DNA from: Lingula anatina
Lineage: Eukaryota; Animalia; Brachiopoda
DNA length: 64,000 nt
Direction: 5' to 3'
Assembly (NCBI GenBank): GCA_051362555.1
Contig: CM120647.1
Span: forward strand, 10,433,378 to 10,497,377
Under the pieces are notes generated by a model. That model was not told where the DNA came from. It saw only the letters and a list, made by a program, of their open reading frames with translations, and did no database searches. Both the position numbers and the translations under genes were made by a program. Of this stretch, positions 54,601 to 64,000 are shown piece after piece. Every line of letters starts with the position of its first letter. Position 1 is the first letter of the stretch.

Positions 54601-57600
54601 TTTCCAAGTCTTATGTTTTATTTTTCCAGAGTTCAAAATTTATTATCCATTACCGTACTGCACATTTTGCTTTTACCACCAATATGTACTTTTTGATACA
54701 GCGTAACTCGAAAACCGTATGGAATACAAAAAAACCGAGACCACCTCCAGTGTTGGGCTTTACATGCTCTACAAAATGCAAAAAAGAATGGGTCTCTAGC
54801 ATTAACGGTTCCCGAATTAGAGACAGTTTTCAGTTTCGGTATCTTATGGCCGCTACTCCCGTGAAAATGCACCGATTGACCCCAAATTCATGGAGATGAA
54901 AGATGACCTGAAGGGTAACACTTTCCAATAATATTATTGGTTAAGTCTGTGTAGTGTCTGAATAACAGGGCAAAAAATTTTTTTTTTCGTAAAAAATTTC
55001 ATTTTTTTGAAAATTTTGGCCCATTTGACCTTGAAGTAAAGGTCAAAGGTCAAATCCAAGGGTATATTTGAAATCTACACATATGACTTTTGGAAAGCCG
55101 TCTATAGAAATTTTTCCCATAACTCCTTCCGTAGGGTAGATAATTAGCATTTAATTTTGCCATTTTTAGACAAGGGTGCATTGTAATGAGTGCCACACCC
55201 AGACCCCAATACCGACAAAGCCCAAATTTTACGTGGAACGAGTTGAGATTATAGGTGACCTAAATCCATGAGATGGGTACGGGGGCCCTTACCATCTAGG
55301 AGGAGAAGCGGTAACGGTAGCCGTCCGGCGGAGCCGGCGGAACGATCCGGACGGGACCGAAATCATGTGTACCGCCAGCGCTAACGCTGGTGGTACAATA
55401 ATTGAACCTTAGTGAATTTTAACCTAACAAGCTTTATTCAGAGTAAGCTGAAATTTAGCTAATAACCCAACTAATTTTTACTGTATATTGTATATCATAT
55501 TATCACTGCTACTTTGGAGTATTACAATCGACTTCTGATAATTATAACCACAATATAGACTGTCACTTTAACCAGCTTGTTTGAGATGAGAGAATTGAAC
55601 TCTCAAAATGTTCATTCAGGGGCAGATCATGAGATATTTTCTGACAGTCCTCCAAATTATCTTTGTTGATCCCACCTCCATTTTTGTCCATCTTCCAAAA
55701 GAAAAAATTAGTAAACTTGAAAATGACATTCAGGCTGTCTTCTGGAAGACAGTTTCCATCTACCACTTTCATTTTCAGTATCTTATTAAATTATCATTTT
55801 AATAGGAATTTGAAATTTTACAAATACATACCATTATTTTTCTTTTGCCACTCCCAAATCTCCTTCTCCTCCAAACTGTGGGGGAATCTACATGGACCAC
55901 CCCAATAAGAACACTTCCCTTTCTGCTCAATTCCGCGACATAATTTAAATGTGTCATTTGGTATAGATGGACAGTCTCTTATTTCAAATGCCTTTCTACC
56001 ACGGCTATTATACACACATATTTTGGTATTTGAGGACCAAGGATGTCTTGAAGCACTGCATTTTGATTCGGTTCTGTTTGGACCAGCTACCCGTCCTTCT
56101 TCAAAACATTTCCTGCAACACCAACTGAGATCATAAGGGCAATTAATGTTGCGCAATTGCTCATCAGTAGAAAAGCAAGAAGTGATGGAAGACATAGAAT
56201 CTGTTCTTTTAAGTGTTTGCTCTACGGAATCGGGGATTGTTTCTGGCAAAGAAGCCATTCTCTTTCTTTGAATTCCAGCCTGTCTTTTGGATGTTACTTC
56301 TGCCTGAAGTTGCTTCCTATCTATTCCCATCTTGTCTTCATACTGCCAGACATCTTGTTCAACCACAGAATGGGCTAGCTTTGTTTTACAGGTTTCATCT
56401 ACACACAATTTTCCCTTCTTACACAATGCAAAGTCTCCAGGTATTGTTGGCTTGGGGTTTATTACCAATGTTTCCATTTCCCCTCCTACCTTTTTCTGAT
56501 GAATAAGTACATTTGATCCCATTACCCACTCATGACACTTTGGATCTTCACAAATAGAGCGTCCAGGTCTTTTCTTGCTTATGACCGGTGGTTTTCGTTG
56601 AAAGCAGTCTCTGCACACAACTTTGAATTGTCCGCCATGCTTTATTAAAATTGAAGAAATTGACAATTGAGAAGCTGAGGCTGCAACAGCTGGTCCCTTT
56701 TCCTCTGGTGCAGAAAAACCTTTGAGCCTTTCAAAAAAAGATAAGATGCTAAACTGTTCTTTTTTCTCTAGGTTCCACAAATTTCTTTCTTCCTCCGATC
56801 TGGCAAAGGTGCAACTGTCTCCATGGCAACATTTGCCATTTGCAATCACTGCTCCACACATCACATAGTTACCAGCAAAGGACTTGTGACTTGTTCGTAA
56901 CCGAATTTCCACCCAATGGGATAAGGGCTTGTTCTGGTTTTGTACAAGCAGCATGTTCCTTGTACACAAATGTGAAGTGGTGCCAACTCTCAGAGAGAAT
57001 TTCTCTTCATTTTCAACTTTTTCAGTGCATTTACTGCAACCCACCATTGCCCTGTAGGGAGCGCCTAAAGCAGTGCTTATTTGGGCTGCCAGGCTTTGAA
57101 TAGAATTCCCTGAGACAGATGATGCATCTGCAGGGCTGGTCATTCCTATAATAAATTACTAAATTAATCAGCTAATATATAATCAAAATATCGGGAACAT
57201 GCTGATAAAGACAAAGTTCTGTGGTTGTGAATTATCAAGCTTTATTTACTTTCTTCAATAACAAAACATAGAAACTTAAAAACATTAATTATAATTTGTC
57301 TTATTATACTGAATATGAAAGATACTTTTTCAGTAATGCACCCAGCAACACACAGTAGCAGCATATAGACAATCATTTATCATCAACAAATCTCAAAGCA
57401 TTCATGCATGCCCTAGCTTATTTCATGTGTGAACGTTCATGCAGTCACAGCAAGATATTAAAAAAAACATTTCCACATGACAATGTATGAAGTCTTACCT
57501 TGCTCTGGACCTTGTAAAGTTGAATGTTCTCTTTTCAAGTGACCCTTATGGAAAAATCAAATTATAACCTTACAAGACATGACTAATTTATAATTCAAAT

Positions 57601-60600
57601 AGCTTTACAAAACAACATACAGTGATGATTAACTACACTACAAGCAAGGACACTAAGGGACCGTTCACATGAAAAATCTATTTTCTAAAAATCTATTTGT
57701 GGTATCTTGTGATCATTGTCTGTGCCCTGAATACCCCGCTATGTAATTACTTGCAGTGCCGAGAATTAATTACAACTTTGGAAGTAACTGGCTCTTGCTG
57801 CCCATAATTACGCTGTGGGGTATTCAGGGCACAGACCATGATCACAAGATACCACATATACAGATTTTTAGATTTTTAGAAAATAGATTTTTTATATGAA
57901 CGGAGCCTAAGATGCCATATCCCCTGTGCCCAATTAAGAAGGGCCAATTGCATCTGATTTGAAATTATTTAAATCTAAAAAAAAAACAATATTTTTCTCA
58001 CCACCATCGTTTTTATGGGGTTTTGTCCTTCTGCATCATTTGGTTTATCTACTCTTAGTCTTCCTACTATTTCTGTCCTGCAATGAAAATAAAAATCAAA
58101 ACATGATGAACCTTTTTCGCATTCTAAAAGCTGGATTGTTTTTTTCCTGAATTCCAAAGCTTTTTGTTGGTTTGTTTTTCTACAAGCTTTGGATTGTATT
58201 CATTTAAGCCTTTGTACTTTAAAAAGGAAGAAAAAATATCAAATGATCAGTCAAGATAAATGGAACTTATAGCAAAGAGTTACTTTCAACTGAAACTATG
58301 CCATTTTCATTGTGAAAAAATATTGAAATACAAGTGAAGGGAAAGGTGGCAATTACTGAATTCAAATCTAAAACTTGGAGCTAGACACTGTAGTCAAAAT
58401 AATTACTGAAAAATTTTGGAATGGGTGAGAAAAGTTTTATGTTGTACAAGAGAAAAGTTATCAACAATGTGGTAAACATTTTGTTATGCAACCTTGGATA
58501 TTTTCTTCCAAAATTCTATTTTAATCTTTTATTTACATGTCCTAAACAAACAAATCCTAAAAAGCACAACTTAAAGATACAACAAAAGCAACAATAAATA
58601 AATAAATAAATACAGAATAAATCATAAATAAATTTCCATCTGAACACTCACCCTACATTAGTCTGATTTGTTTTATTTTGATCAAATGTTTGAGGTTCCT
58701 GTTTAACAGATCCAGTGTCCAACTCTTTCTGTCTCTGCAGTAGCTTTTGCTGGTGTTTAGAGCCACTGCAATGTTGGTGGTACTGTTGCTGCCCATTACA
58801 AATGACGTTACACACATCACACTTAAAATATCCTGCTTTGCTGGGGGTCTCTCTGATCTTATCCTCAGCCTTTATCGACTGCTGTAGACATTCTGTTTCT
58901 CTTGATGCTACAAAAGACAAATATATTGATAAATTAATGAGTTGGTGAATGAATAAAACAAATAAATAATTTAAACTAAATAAATAAATTCAACAAGAAT
59001 TACTTTTATTGCAGAATATTTAATGTATTTAAAAATAGCAAATATGTCAGTTTTATAGCATACAAATAAAAACAAAAATATTTAAATTTAAACTTGAAAC
59101 TTTCTGTAAGTTGTAACATTTCTAATATGTGTAACCCATATCATGCACTGATCTGCATCAGACTGATTCTAAATTATAACATTCCTGAAAAATGCTCTAA
59201 TGCCAGGAACTAACCTAAAGCTTTTTCTGCTTTCTCATCTGCAGGAAGAGTTTGTCTTAAATTAACCTGTTTGAAAGATTAATATCTGAGATACAAAAAT
59301 GATGAAAATAACAACTGTTACAACAACAATAACAATAATAATTACAAAACGGTTATGGAGAACATAAAAAAAACATAAGGCAGGCTCGCTGAATGCTGAA
59401 CCAGTGTTATTTTGAAATCAATCAATTTGCAATCAATGTATTCAACTAGCACGCAAATGTACAGTTTTTGCTCAGATTTACAGAAAGTAGGTCAAATGCA
59501 TGATACAGGAAAAAAATTTAATTAATTAATTTAAAAATGAACAAATAAACAAAAATTAATTTAATAATTAAAAAAGAAATAATGAAATGAAAATACAATA
59601 ACAATATTAATACTGATGAATTCAAAATCTGTTAGGTAAATTTTCTATTGATTTGATTTTATGAAGTGTTAAAATTAAACAAAATTTTCTCTTAATCTTG
59701 TCAACATAATACCTGCAGCTTCTTTGGTTTCTCCCCCGCCTCCATGTTTTTCATTTTCTTCTCAATTTCTAATTTTAGGTTAAAAATGGCATCTAAGGCT
59801 AAGGTCTCCTGTTATAAAAGTAGAAAGTAAATTTCAGAAGAACACATTAAATTTAATACATGGAAAATGTGGCAAAGACCTGCACTTAGACCCCATTCCC
59901 AGAGATTAGATTGATCTACTTTAGATCGACCTAACTCCCTGGGGGTTCACACTTAATAGCTGTCAGTCGAGCGGGCACGATAGTTGATTACCCCCTTACA
60001 GCTTGTAGTAGGGGGGACGGACATTTAAGCCTCTAGTGAGACTCCCCATGAGGATAGATCGATCTAAAAGCTCTGGGAATACACCCTTATATTTGTCTTG
60101 ATAAATACTGTTATCATTATAATGCAAAACATGTACAACCACCTAAGCTAAAGGTAAGTCAAAGGTTTCAATTCAAGTTATCAAAATAGAAATATTTGAA
60201 AATGCTGAAAGGTGTTGTGAAGGTTTATATTAACGCATGTCACAACTATTTTTGTCATCATGAAATGAAAATGAGCCTTACCTTTCAAATCAGTTTCTTA
60301 TTATAATAAATAATTCTAGATGCTAGCTATTATTGTAAAGTGTATCATATTAACTTGCTGTTTCTACTCACTGTTTACATCTCATTCTTTCATAGTGAAC
60401 ATAAAACCTACCTGACACTGGTTCATTTCTATTGCAGCGTTCACTTCTTTTAATGCCTGGTCAAACTTCTTTAGTCTGAGCATAATTTGAGCCAATTTAT
60501 GATGTGCATCAAACAGATAGACCTGCATATTTATACTTGGTGTTTTCCATCTAGTGATGATCTGAATGACTGAAAATAAATATATGTCAGACATACCAGT

Positions 60601-61674
60601 AATACTAGTACATAATTGGCAGAGCCTGCCAGGATAATCTGAATTATTGATATTTACGGTACTGCTAAATTTACAAAATGGCAATTATTTTGTAACTTAT
60701 TAAAATCAATTCCTTACCTTCTTTACAATGTTTACAGGCCTCCTCCAAGAAAAGCTCCTTCTCCTATTAAAATAACTGTGAAACATTAATTAAAAATTAT
60801 CACAAAAACTGAATATCTATCATCAGCAAATTGTGTTCACAAGCAGGATGAAAAATGGCCCTATAAACACACCATGTATTCAGGTGAGCAAAGACAGTTA
60901 TACGAAAGCTCTCTCTATATGCATAAAATAAATGTCCACGTTTTTTTTTTAATGAATGCACCTTTGTGTCTATAATTGTACTACCTGAAGCAGCTGGCTT
61001 TCTTCTTTGATGCTATCAATATGGCACAAACAAAACAGAGCATGGTGTAGTTTTAGTGAAATAAGTAACTCCTGATAATCAAGAGCATCACACAATCTTG
61101 TCCCTAGGGCAATCGCAGTTCTGTTCCAGAGCAGTGCAGTTAGTGGCTCCCCCGAACAACAGGCAGCTAGTGTCTGATCTTTGCTTTCCTTCAAGTATTT
61201 TATTTCATCCTAAAATGTTTTTTAGAAAAATAATTAATGTAAAATGTATCACTGAAATACAATATAGTGCCACCTTTTTTTTATTATTATTATTTTGCAT
61301 CTATTGTAAATTAAGCTAATTGAAGTTTATATCTATCATGTCATAGCAATTAAAATTGGATATTACAAAATTTAATGTCAGTTTGAAAAATTCTGCAATA
61401 AAAGGTGATTTTTTTTCCCAGGATACACTATTTAAAACAACCTTCCTTGCACCATGGTACACTTATCATCAACAATAAGTTACATTGCATAGACATAAAC
61501 AATGGATAATAAAATGATAAATAAATAAAGTAACATAATAAATATCTACTTCATGTAGAAAATCCAATGGAGAAAACTGATGGAAGTTCAACCCTGTCTC
61601 GATTTCTCTTTGCAACTTTAAAATCATAGGAATTTCTTCAGCTTGCAAACACCTTGGTTTTGAATATTTAAGGG
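27899..61674 (-). CDS. HELZ2: Giant HELZ2-like helicase/RNB exoribonuclease with predicted C-terminal ZU5-UPA-death-fold extension (33 exons traced, >=~4,250 aa, 5' end unresolved)
   Basis: Exons (high-low): 61674-61550, 61209-60985, 60763-60718, 60569-60412, 59808-59713, 59266-59215, 58907-58657, 57544-57499, 57145-55832, 52022-51731, 50865-50688, 49822-49697, 49374-48851, 48384-47917, 47262-47065, 46594-45829, 43626-43539, 43012-39145, 38956-38859, 38365-38228, 37816-37673, 37323-36689, 36316-36092, 35922-35769, 35397-35230, 33290-33117, 32520-32419, 32137-32069, 31288-30708, 30490-30329, 29988-29812, 29285-28542, 28249-27899. Phases chain without a stop. HELZ2-like identity is strong; fusion of the last 7 exons is inferred. 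Confidence 0.75.
28542..29285 (-). CDS. Exon: low-complexity linker followed by a death-domain-like helical segment
   Basis: Phase-0 acceptor ttcag|CTC CTT ATG. About 170 aa of polar linker, then CELWDSLSDEFKKVNVWGGILKHL...MEVIFNTLLKGDVRRLYLLCMDL (death-domain-like W..L pattern, by eye). Confidence 0.5.
29812..31288 (-). CDS. Exons encoding ZU5 and UPA-like domains
   Basis: ZU5 signature VDEQGGILTLPGTGVSLYVPPGAL...SPVVFCEPHGLMFKKMIFLTISHC, ending in LHHFT. It is followed by beta-rich UPA-like segments LNLNVHCIADLPD and FRLEP...IECEIKIY (exons 31288-30708, 30490-30329, 29988-29812). Confidence 0.8.
31518..31722. mobile_element. PIF/Harbinger-type MITE nested in an older hairpin element (~31420-31810)
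   Basis: TAA TSD and TIR gggcgcattcc...gggaatgtggtc. The flanks gctgaatgcagtcagattagcagat and atctgttaatctgatttcattcagt are mutually inverted. Confidence 0.8.
33878..35043. mobile_element. Non-autonomous Kolobok-like DNA transposon
   Basis: TTAA on both sides, GG...CC termini and a degenerate TIR (ggtagtaattaacag vs ggatgtagataacag). Subterminal gctttctattgatatgtaacat motif. Confidence 0.5.
35230..38365 (-). CDS. Second SF1 (UPF1-like) helicase module of the HELZ2-like gene
   Basis: LIQGPPG|TGKT, ILVCGPSNKSLD, MIDEAAM, GDHRQLRP, LSLFERY, LKTQYRM|H, SQYKAQV, GAQG|GEWDYVLLSTVRS, NVALTRAKKGLIIVG. Confidence 0.93.
36354..36565. mobile_element. PIF/Harbinger-type MITE (inverted relative to the 31518 copy)
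   Basis: TTA TSD and near identity to the reverse complement of 31518-31722 and 46779-46991. Confidence 0.85.
39145..43012 (-). CDS. 3.9-kb exon: end of helicase 1, OB/CSD region and RNB (RNase II/R) domain
   Basis: LLNTAFTRARSLVMVIGDP, the catalytic motif FTIDPLNAKDFDDALS, VHIADVAYYV, SHQLVEEWMIEAN and YTQFTSPVRRYIDLIVHRLL. Confidence 0.95.
43054..43304. mobile_element. Diverged MITE of the same PIF/Harbinger-type group
   Basis: tta|gacccc...gggaatggggtc|taa ends, an internal hairpin cctactgaagct...agcttcagtagg and the gatcgatcta motif. Confidence 0.65.
43743..43905. repeat. Tandem duplication of an ~80-bp segment
   Basis: caacaaatgtgaagaaaagtcacagatgag...gagaccattcactag occurs twice, identically. 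Confidence 0.9.
44039..45395 (+). mobile_element. PIF/Harbinger transposon derivative with a Myb/SANT-like gene remnant
   Basis: TIR ggcccgtattcca / tggaatacgggcc and 3-bp TSD TAG. A degraded segment at ~44400-44520 reads ...FSDIEK/QLLMQLVNREKPILD, resembling the Harbinger Myb/SANT-like accessory protein. Confidence 0.7.
44553..45071 (+). mobile_element. Helentron-associated (HINE/DINE-1-like) element nested in the Harbinger copy
   Basis: 5' ttacctccaccaag, (GTTT/GTCT)n microsatellite, three internal ~125-bp repeats, 3' ttgggtggag subTIR, stem-loop cactctcggagtg and a CTAGT end. Confidence 0.65.
45829..47262 (-). CDS. First SF1 helicase module of the HELZ2-like gene
   Basis: PLIVYGPFGSGKT, LICCKSD|SAAD, FTHILIDEAAQ, GDHMQVTP, LSGNYRN, YYNIAEA, ILTPYYEQ. 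Confidence 0.93.
46779..46991. mobile_element. PIF/Harbinger-type MITE
   Basis: TAA TSD and high similarity to 31518-31722. Confidence 0.85.
50130..50575. mobile_element. Two adjacent degenerate MITE copies of the same group
   Basis: Recurrent blocks ttcccatacctagatc, gcttcagtagg..tgacagaca and gggaac/gttagatcga that are shared with 43054 and 27684. Confidence 0.5.
50688..58907 (-). CDS. Zinc-finger region of the HELZ2-like gene: two U1/matrin-type C2H2 fingers and several CCCH-type fingers
   Basis: CDVCNVICNGQQQYHQHCSGSKH (~58760), CEICCVTCNSHAQYQKHCASDKH (~51870), and C..G.C.F[AP]HS.EE...W motifs at ~56800, ~56370, ~55870 and ~50820. Confidence 0.85.
51032..51207. mobile_element. MITE with CAGG-start TIRs and a 5-bp TSD
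   Basis: caggtccgtag ... ctacgggcctg, with TSD ctatt at 51027-51031 and 51208-51212. Confidence 0.75.
52203..55401 (-). mobile_element. ~3.2-kb non-autonomous Helentron-like element carrying a satellite array
   Basis: Perfect 15-bp subterminal inverted repeats tattgtaccaccagc (52239) and gctggtggtacaata (55386). The latter also pairs locally with tgtaccgccagcg. Stem-loop gaggcg-atac-cgcctc and aactag lie at the other end. Confidence 0.75.
52416..54420. repeat. Satellite array, ~13.7 copies of a 146-bp unit with a 730-bp (5-mer) higher-order duplication
   Basis: aggtcaaaggtca recurs every 146 bp from 52564 to 54316. Diagnostic variants recur 730 bp apart (e.g. identical ORF starts at 52990 and 53720). 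Confidence 0.95.
55617..55760. mobile_element. Degenerate copy of the 62072-62265 MITE
   Basis: cagggg..gat..gagat..tttctgacagtc.tcc.aattatctttgtt...gtaaacttgaaaat...gtcttc.ggaagac is shared with the 62072 copy. Confidence 0.65.
57657..57907. mobile_element. Fold-back MITE, PIF/Harbinger-like
   Basis: TAA TSD. The two ~110-bp arms are near-perfect inverted repeats (ccgttcacatgaaaaatctattttctaaaaatcta...gtgccctgaatacccc). Confidence 0.85.
59713..61674 (-). CDS. N-terminal helical, TPR-like exons of the HELZ2-like gene
   Basis: AHHKLAQIMLRLKKFDQALKEVNAAIEMN fits a TPR pattern. The exons chain in phase into the zinc-finger exons. Confidence 0.6.
59889..60086. mobile_element. PIF/Harbinger-type MITE
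   Basis: TTA TSD and near identity to 36354-36565 apart from a small internal deletion. Confidence 0.85.
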
Positions 61675-62071
61675 CTAAAATATAAAATGGAAATCTTTAA
61701 AATAATGTAGATAGAAATGCTTTAAATACTGTACCATGTAACAATAACTAATTTTGTGAAGGAGAGAAAAATTACAGACAAATTTTAAGACCATTTTTGC
61801 TACCTCAGATACCATTAAATAAAAGAAAATCTACAGTGTATGACCAACATGCCATGTATAAATAAATGAAAATTCACTGTTAAAAATTGTTGGCTGCACC
61901 AAGATAGATTTAAACTCAATTATCCCACAGCTGGCGGTCCAAACAATAGGATTACTGCACTTGTATTCATACCCTTTGCTACGTTCTTGCTATAGTCCGA
62001 AGTGCCAGCTGTGGTATAAGTTAGTTACAACTACTCATCATCCACTGTATGTGACATACCAGAGCAAATTA

Positions 62072-62265
62072 CAGGGACGGATCCAGAGATTTTTTCTGAC
62101 AGTCTTCCTAATTATCTTTGTTTATCTGTCCTTCATTTTTGACCGTCTTCCGACAGAAAAAATTGGATACCCGACAATGTAAACTTGAAAATCTGACCGT
62201 CTTCTGGGTCTTCCGGAAGACGGTCAGATTTTCAAGTTTACATTGTCGGCCTCAATCCGCCCCTG
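62072..62265. mobile_element. MITE with CAGG-start TIRs, 5-bp TSD and a long internal hairpin, nested in an older fold-back element (~62027-62335)
   Basis: cagggacggat...atccgcccctg with TSD aatta. Internal perfect inverted repeat ccgacaatgtaaacttgaaaatctgaccgtcttc. The outer arms tccactgtatgtgacataccagagc and gctctggcatgtcacatacagtgga are inverted. Confidence 0.8.
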
Positions 62266-62466
62266 AATTATATCTCAAATGCACCTCAATATAATAACGC
62301 TCTGGCATGTCACATACAGTGGACGAGTAGTTGTATCAAGTACTAAAAAGATGTTCTAGATTACATATTACAATATATGGACCTGTCCAACTGCACCTTC
62401 TAGTAAAGTCTGCTGTTTTAACTAATATACTAGTAATCCAAAACCTTTTCTTTAAGCACCATATAT

Positions 62467-62775
62467 GGGGCCATTCAGAATAGAAGATCTAAGCATCATC
62501 TAGTTCAAGGCTCAAACATGGCGGACCCTACCAAAAAGGGAGGCTGCTTAATCCTGTAATAGTCTCTCCGCCTCTCACATGCCTCCCCACACGTCGTCCT
62601 TGCAGGGGCATAGTAATTACATGTAAATCTTGGCTCTATTCAACCAGACACATGGGGAGGCGAGTGTGAGGTGGAGAGACCATTACAGGATTAAGTGGTC
62701 TTCCTATTATGTAAGATCCGCCATATTTGAAGCTTGGACAAGTTGATACTGGGATCTTCTATTCTAAGCGGCCCC
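62467..62775. mobile_element. Fold-back MITE (full-length relative of 25725)
   Basis: TIR ggggccattcagaatagaaga / tcttctattctaagcggcccc with extended internal inverted arms. Confidence 0.75.
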
Positions 62776-63464
62776 TTTAATTTCCCATCACCATCTATCC
62801 CAGTATCCCAAGTGAGTCTTTCAGATGCAAAAGTTTCTTAATATCATGCAAGTTGCTGAATCCAGAGACCTTGATGTATATGTGTGTAATTAGACCCTTA
62901 TACACTTAACTTAACTTCAGCAATTTTCACTTCATCACCAAGGCATACAAGGCTATCCCAAATCATGGAGAATATTTCAGTCTATTACCCAATTTTCAAG
63001 TTCTAAATGTTTAAAGGTATAGCAACTCTTCATATGAGTTTCAAATTTCCACAATAAATAAATTGAAAAATGCACAGAAATGTAATAAATTCCATTTTAC
63101 CACCAAAATGGCAAATGGCAATTATTATGAAATCTGTGCCTGCCATATCAGACCACATAAACCATCAAAGAATGATACCCTCTTTAATATTCTCTTAAGA
63201 TCAATTAACTTTGAATGTCAGAATGGATTCATTAACCATTGGAAAGTATGTGAACATTGGCATTTTTCCTAGGATAATCTATTTTATAACTTTCCCCTCC
63301 AAAATGAAGAATTGTCATCCTATTAATTTTTACCTTTTTGAATGAAAGTCACATCACCTCACTGCAAACAAAACCATTTAAAATCACATATTACAAGAAT
63401 AAAGTGCATAATAAGCTTATGTGCCCCTTGTTTTAATTGAGATAAAAGAGATTAACTATATAAG

Positions 63465-63600
63465 CTCTGAGCGCCCAATATGGCAGCTGAGCTGTATCCT
63501 CCCCAGGGAGGCGAGACCATCTACAGAATGCATCAGTGTAAAAATGACCAGGCTTCTCAGACTTGAATAAAAATTTCATTTAAATAAATAATAAATAAAT
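63465..63600 (+). mobile_element. Possible SINE 3' fragment (Deu/Nin-domain-like)
   Basis: GC-richer gcgcccaatatggcagctgagctgtatcctccccagggag block followed by AATAAA and a (TAAA)n tail. The family was recalled by resemblance only. Confidence 0.35.
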
Positions 63601-64000
63601 TACATAATTGTATAACTTCAACCTTCGGGTTGCGATTTTCCAATAAAGATTATTATATTATAACTTCTTTCTTCTGTCACTGAAAGGGTCTTTTAAAATA
63701 TGCTTCTGAAAATTCTATTACAACAGTTCTTTAGACTGCACAGATTTAGAAGCAACAGGCCCAACACGCGTGAAATACGAGAGAAGTAAAAACCACTTTG
63801 TTAACCACAAAGACCTCAACTTTCCATACTGTATGTCTTTTTTAATTCCAATTGTTGACAACAGACATTTTGATCACACATCTCTGAGAGAAAATTTCAG
63901 CACATATCCCAGTATAGGTTGAGAAATGCACTTACATTTTTCATGTCACTTAAGATAACCTTTCTTAATATCAATATGGGTTTTAATAAGATTATGGTTT

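Noticed and set aside
57975-58216. Possible extra coding exon of the HELZ2-like gene
   Set aside because: The frame entered from the nearby acceptor hits a stop before any good donor, and the neighbouring exons already join in phase.
62900-64000. Candidate first exons and promoter of the HELZ2-like gene
   Set aside because: I found no stop-free exon with convincing splice sites and the right phase, so the 5' end is left unresolved.

Overview
AT-rich, intron-rich invertebrate animal genomic DNA (a lophotrochozoan-like repeat landscape; the taxon is an inference). There is no prokaryotic, CRISPR or RNA-gene content. Four spliced genes were reconstructed by hand from splice sites and codon phases. 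(1) A + strand Compass/dve-SATB CUT-class homeobox gene (5' end outside or unresolved). Its shared ULD exons can splice, in the same phase, to two alternative 3' modules: a Compass/dve-type CUTL plus two homeodomains (9439-12336) or a strikingly SATB1/2-like CUTL plus one homeodomain (15342-16948). (2) ABT1/Esf2 on the - strand, head-to-head with (3) ketohexokinase on the + strand. (4) A very large - strand HELZ2-like gene (TPR-like, U1/matrin and CCCH zinc fingers, SF1 helicase, RNB exoribonuclease, second SF1 helicase). Its exon chain continues in frame into a ZU5(HFT)-UPA module and two death-fold-like domains, giving a predicted protein of at least ~4,250 aa across 33 exons. This looks like an RNA sensor/nuclease wired to a PIDD/NLRP1-style autoprocessing signalling tail and is the top candidate novel system. 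Introns and intergenic DNA hold many PIF/Harbinger-type MITEs (one supplies the fusion gene's stop codon), a Helentron-like element carrying a 146-bp satellite with perfect DR1 nuclear-receptor sites, a truncated RTE-like LINE with TSD, and several other DNA transposon remnants. All domain calls are by motif recognition only; no searches were run.
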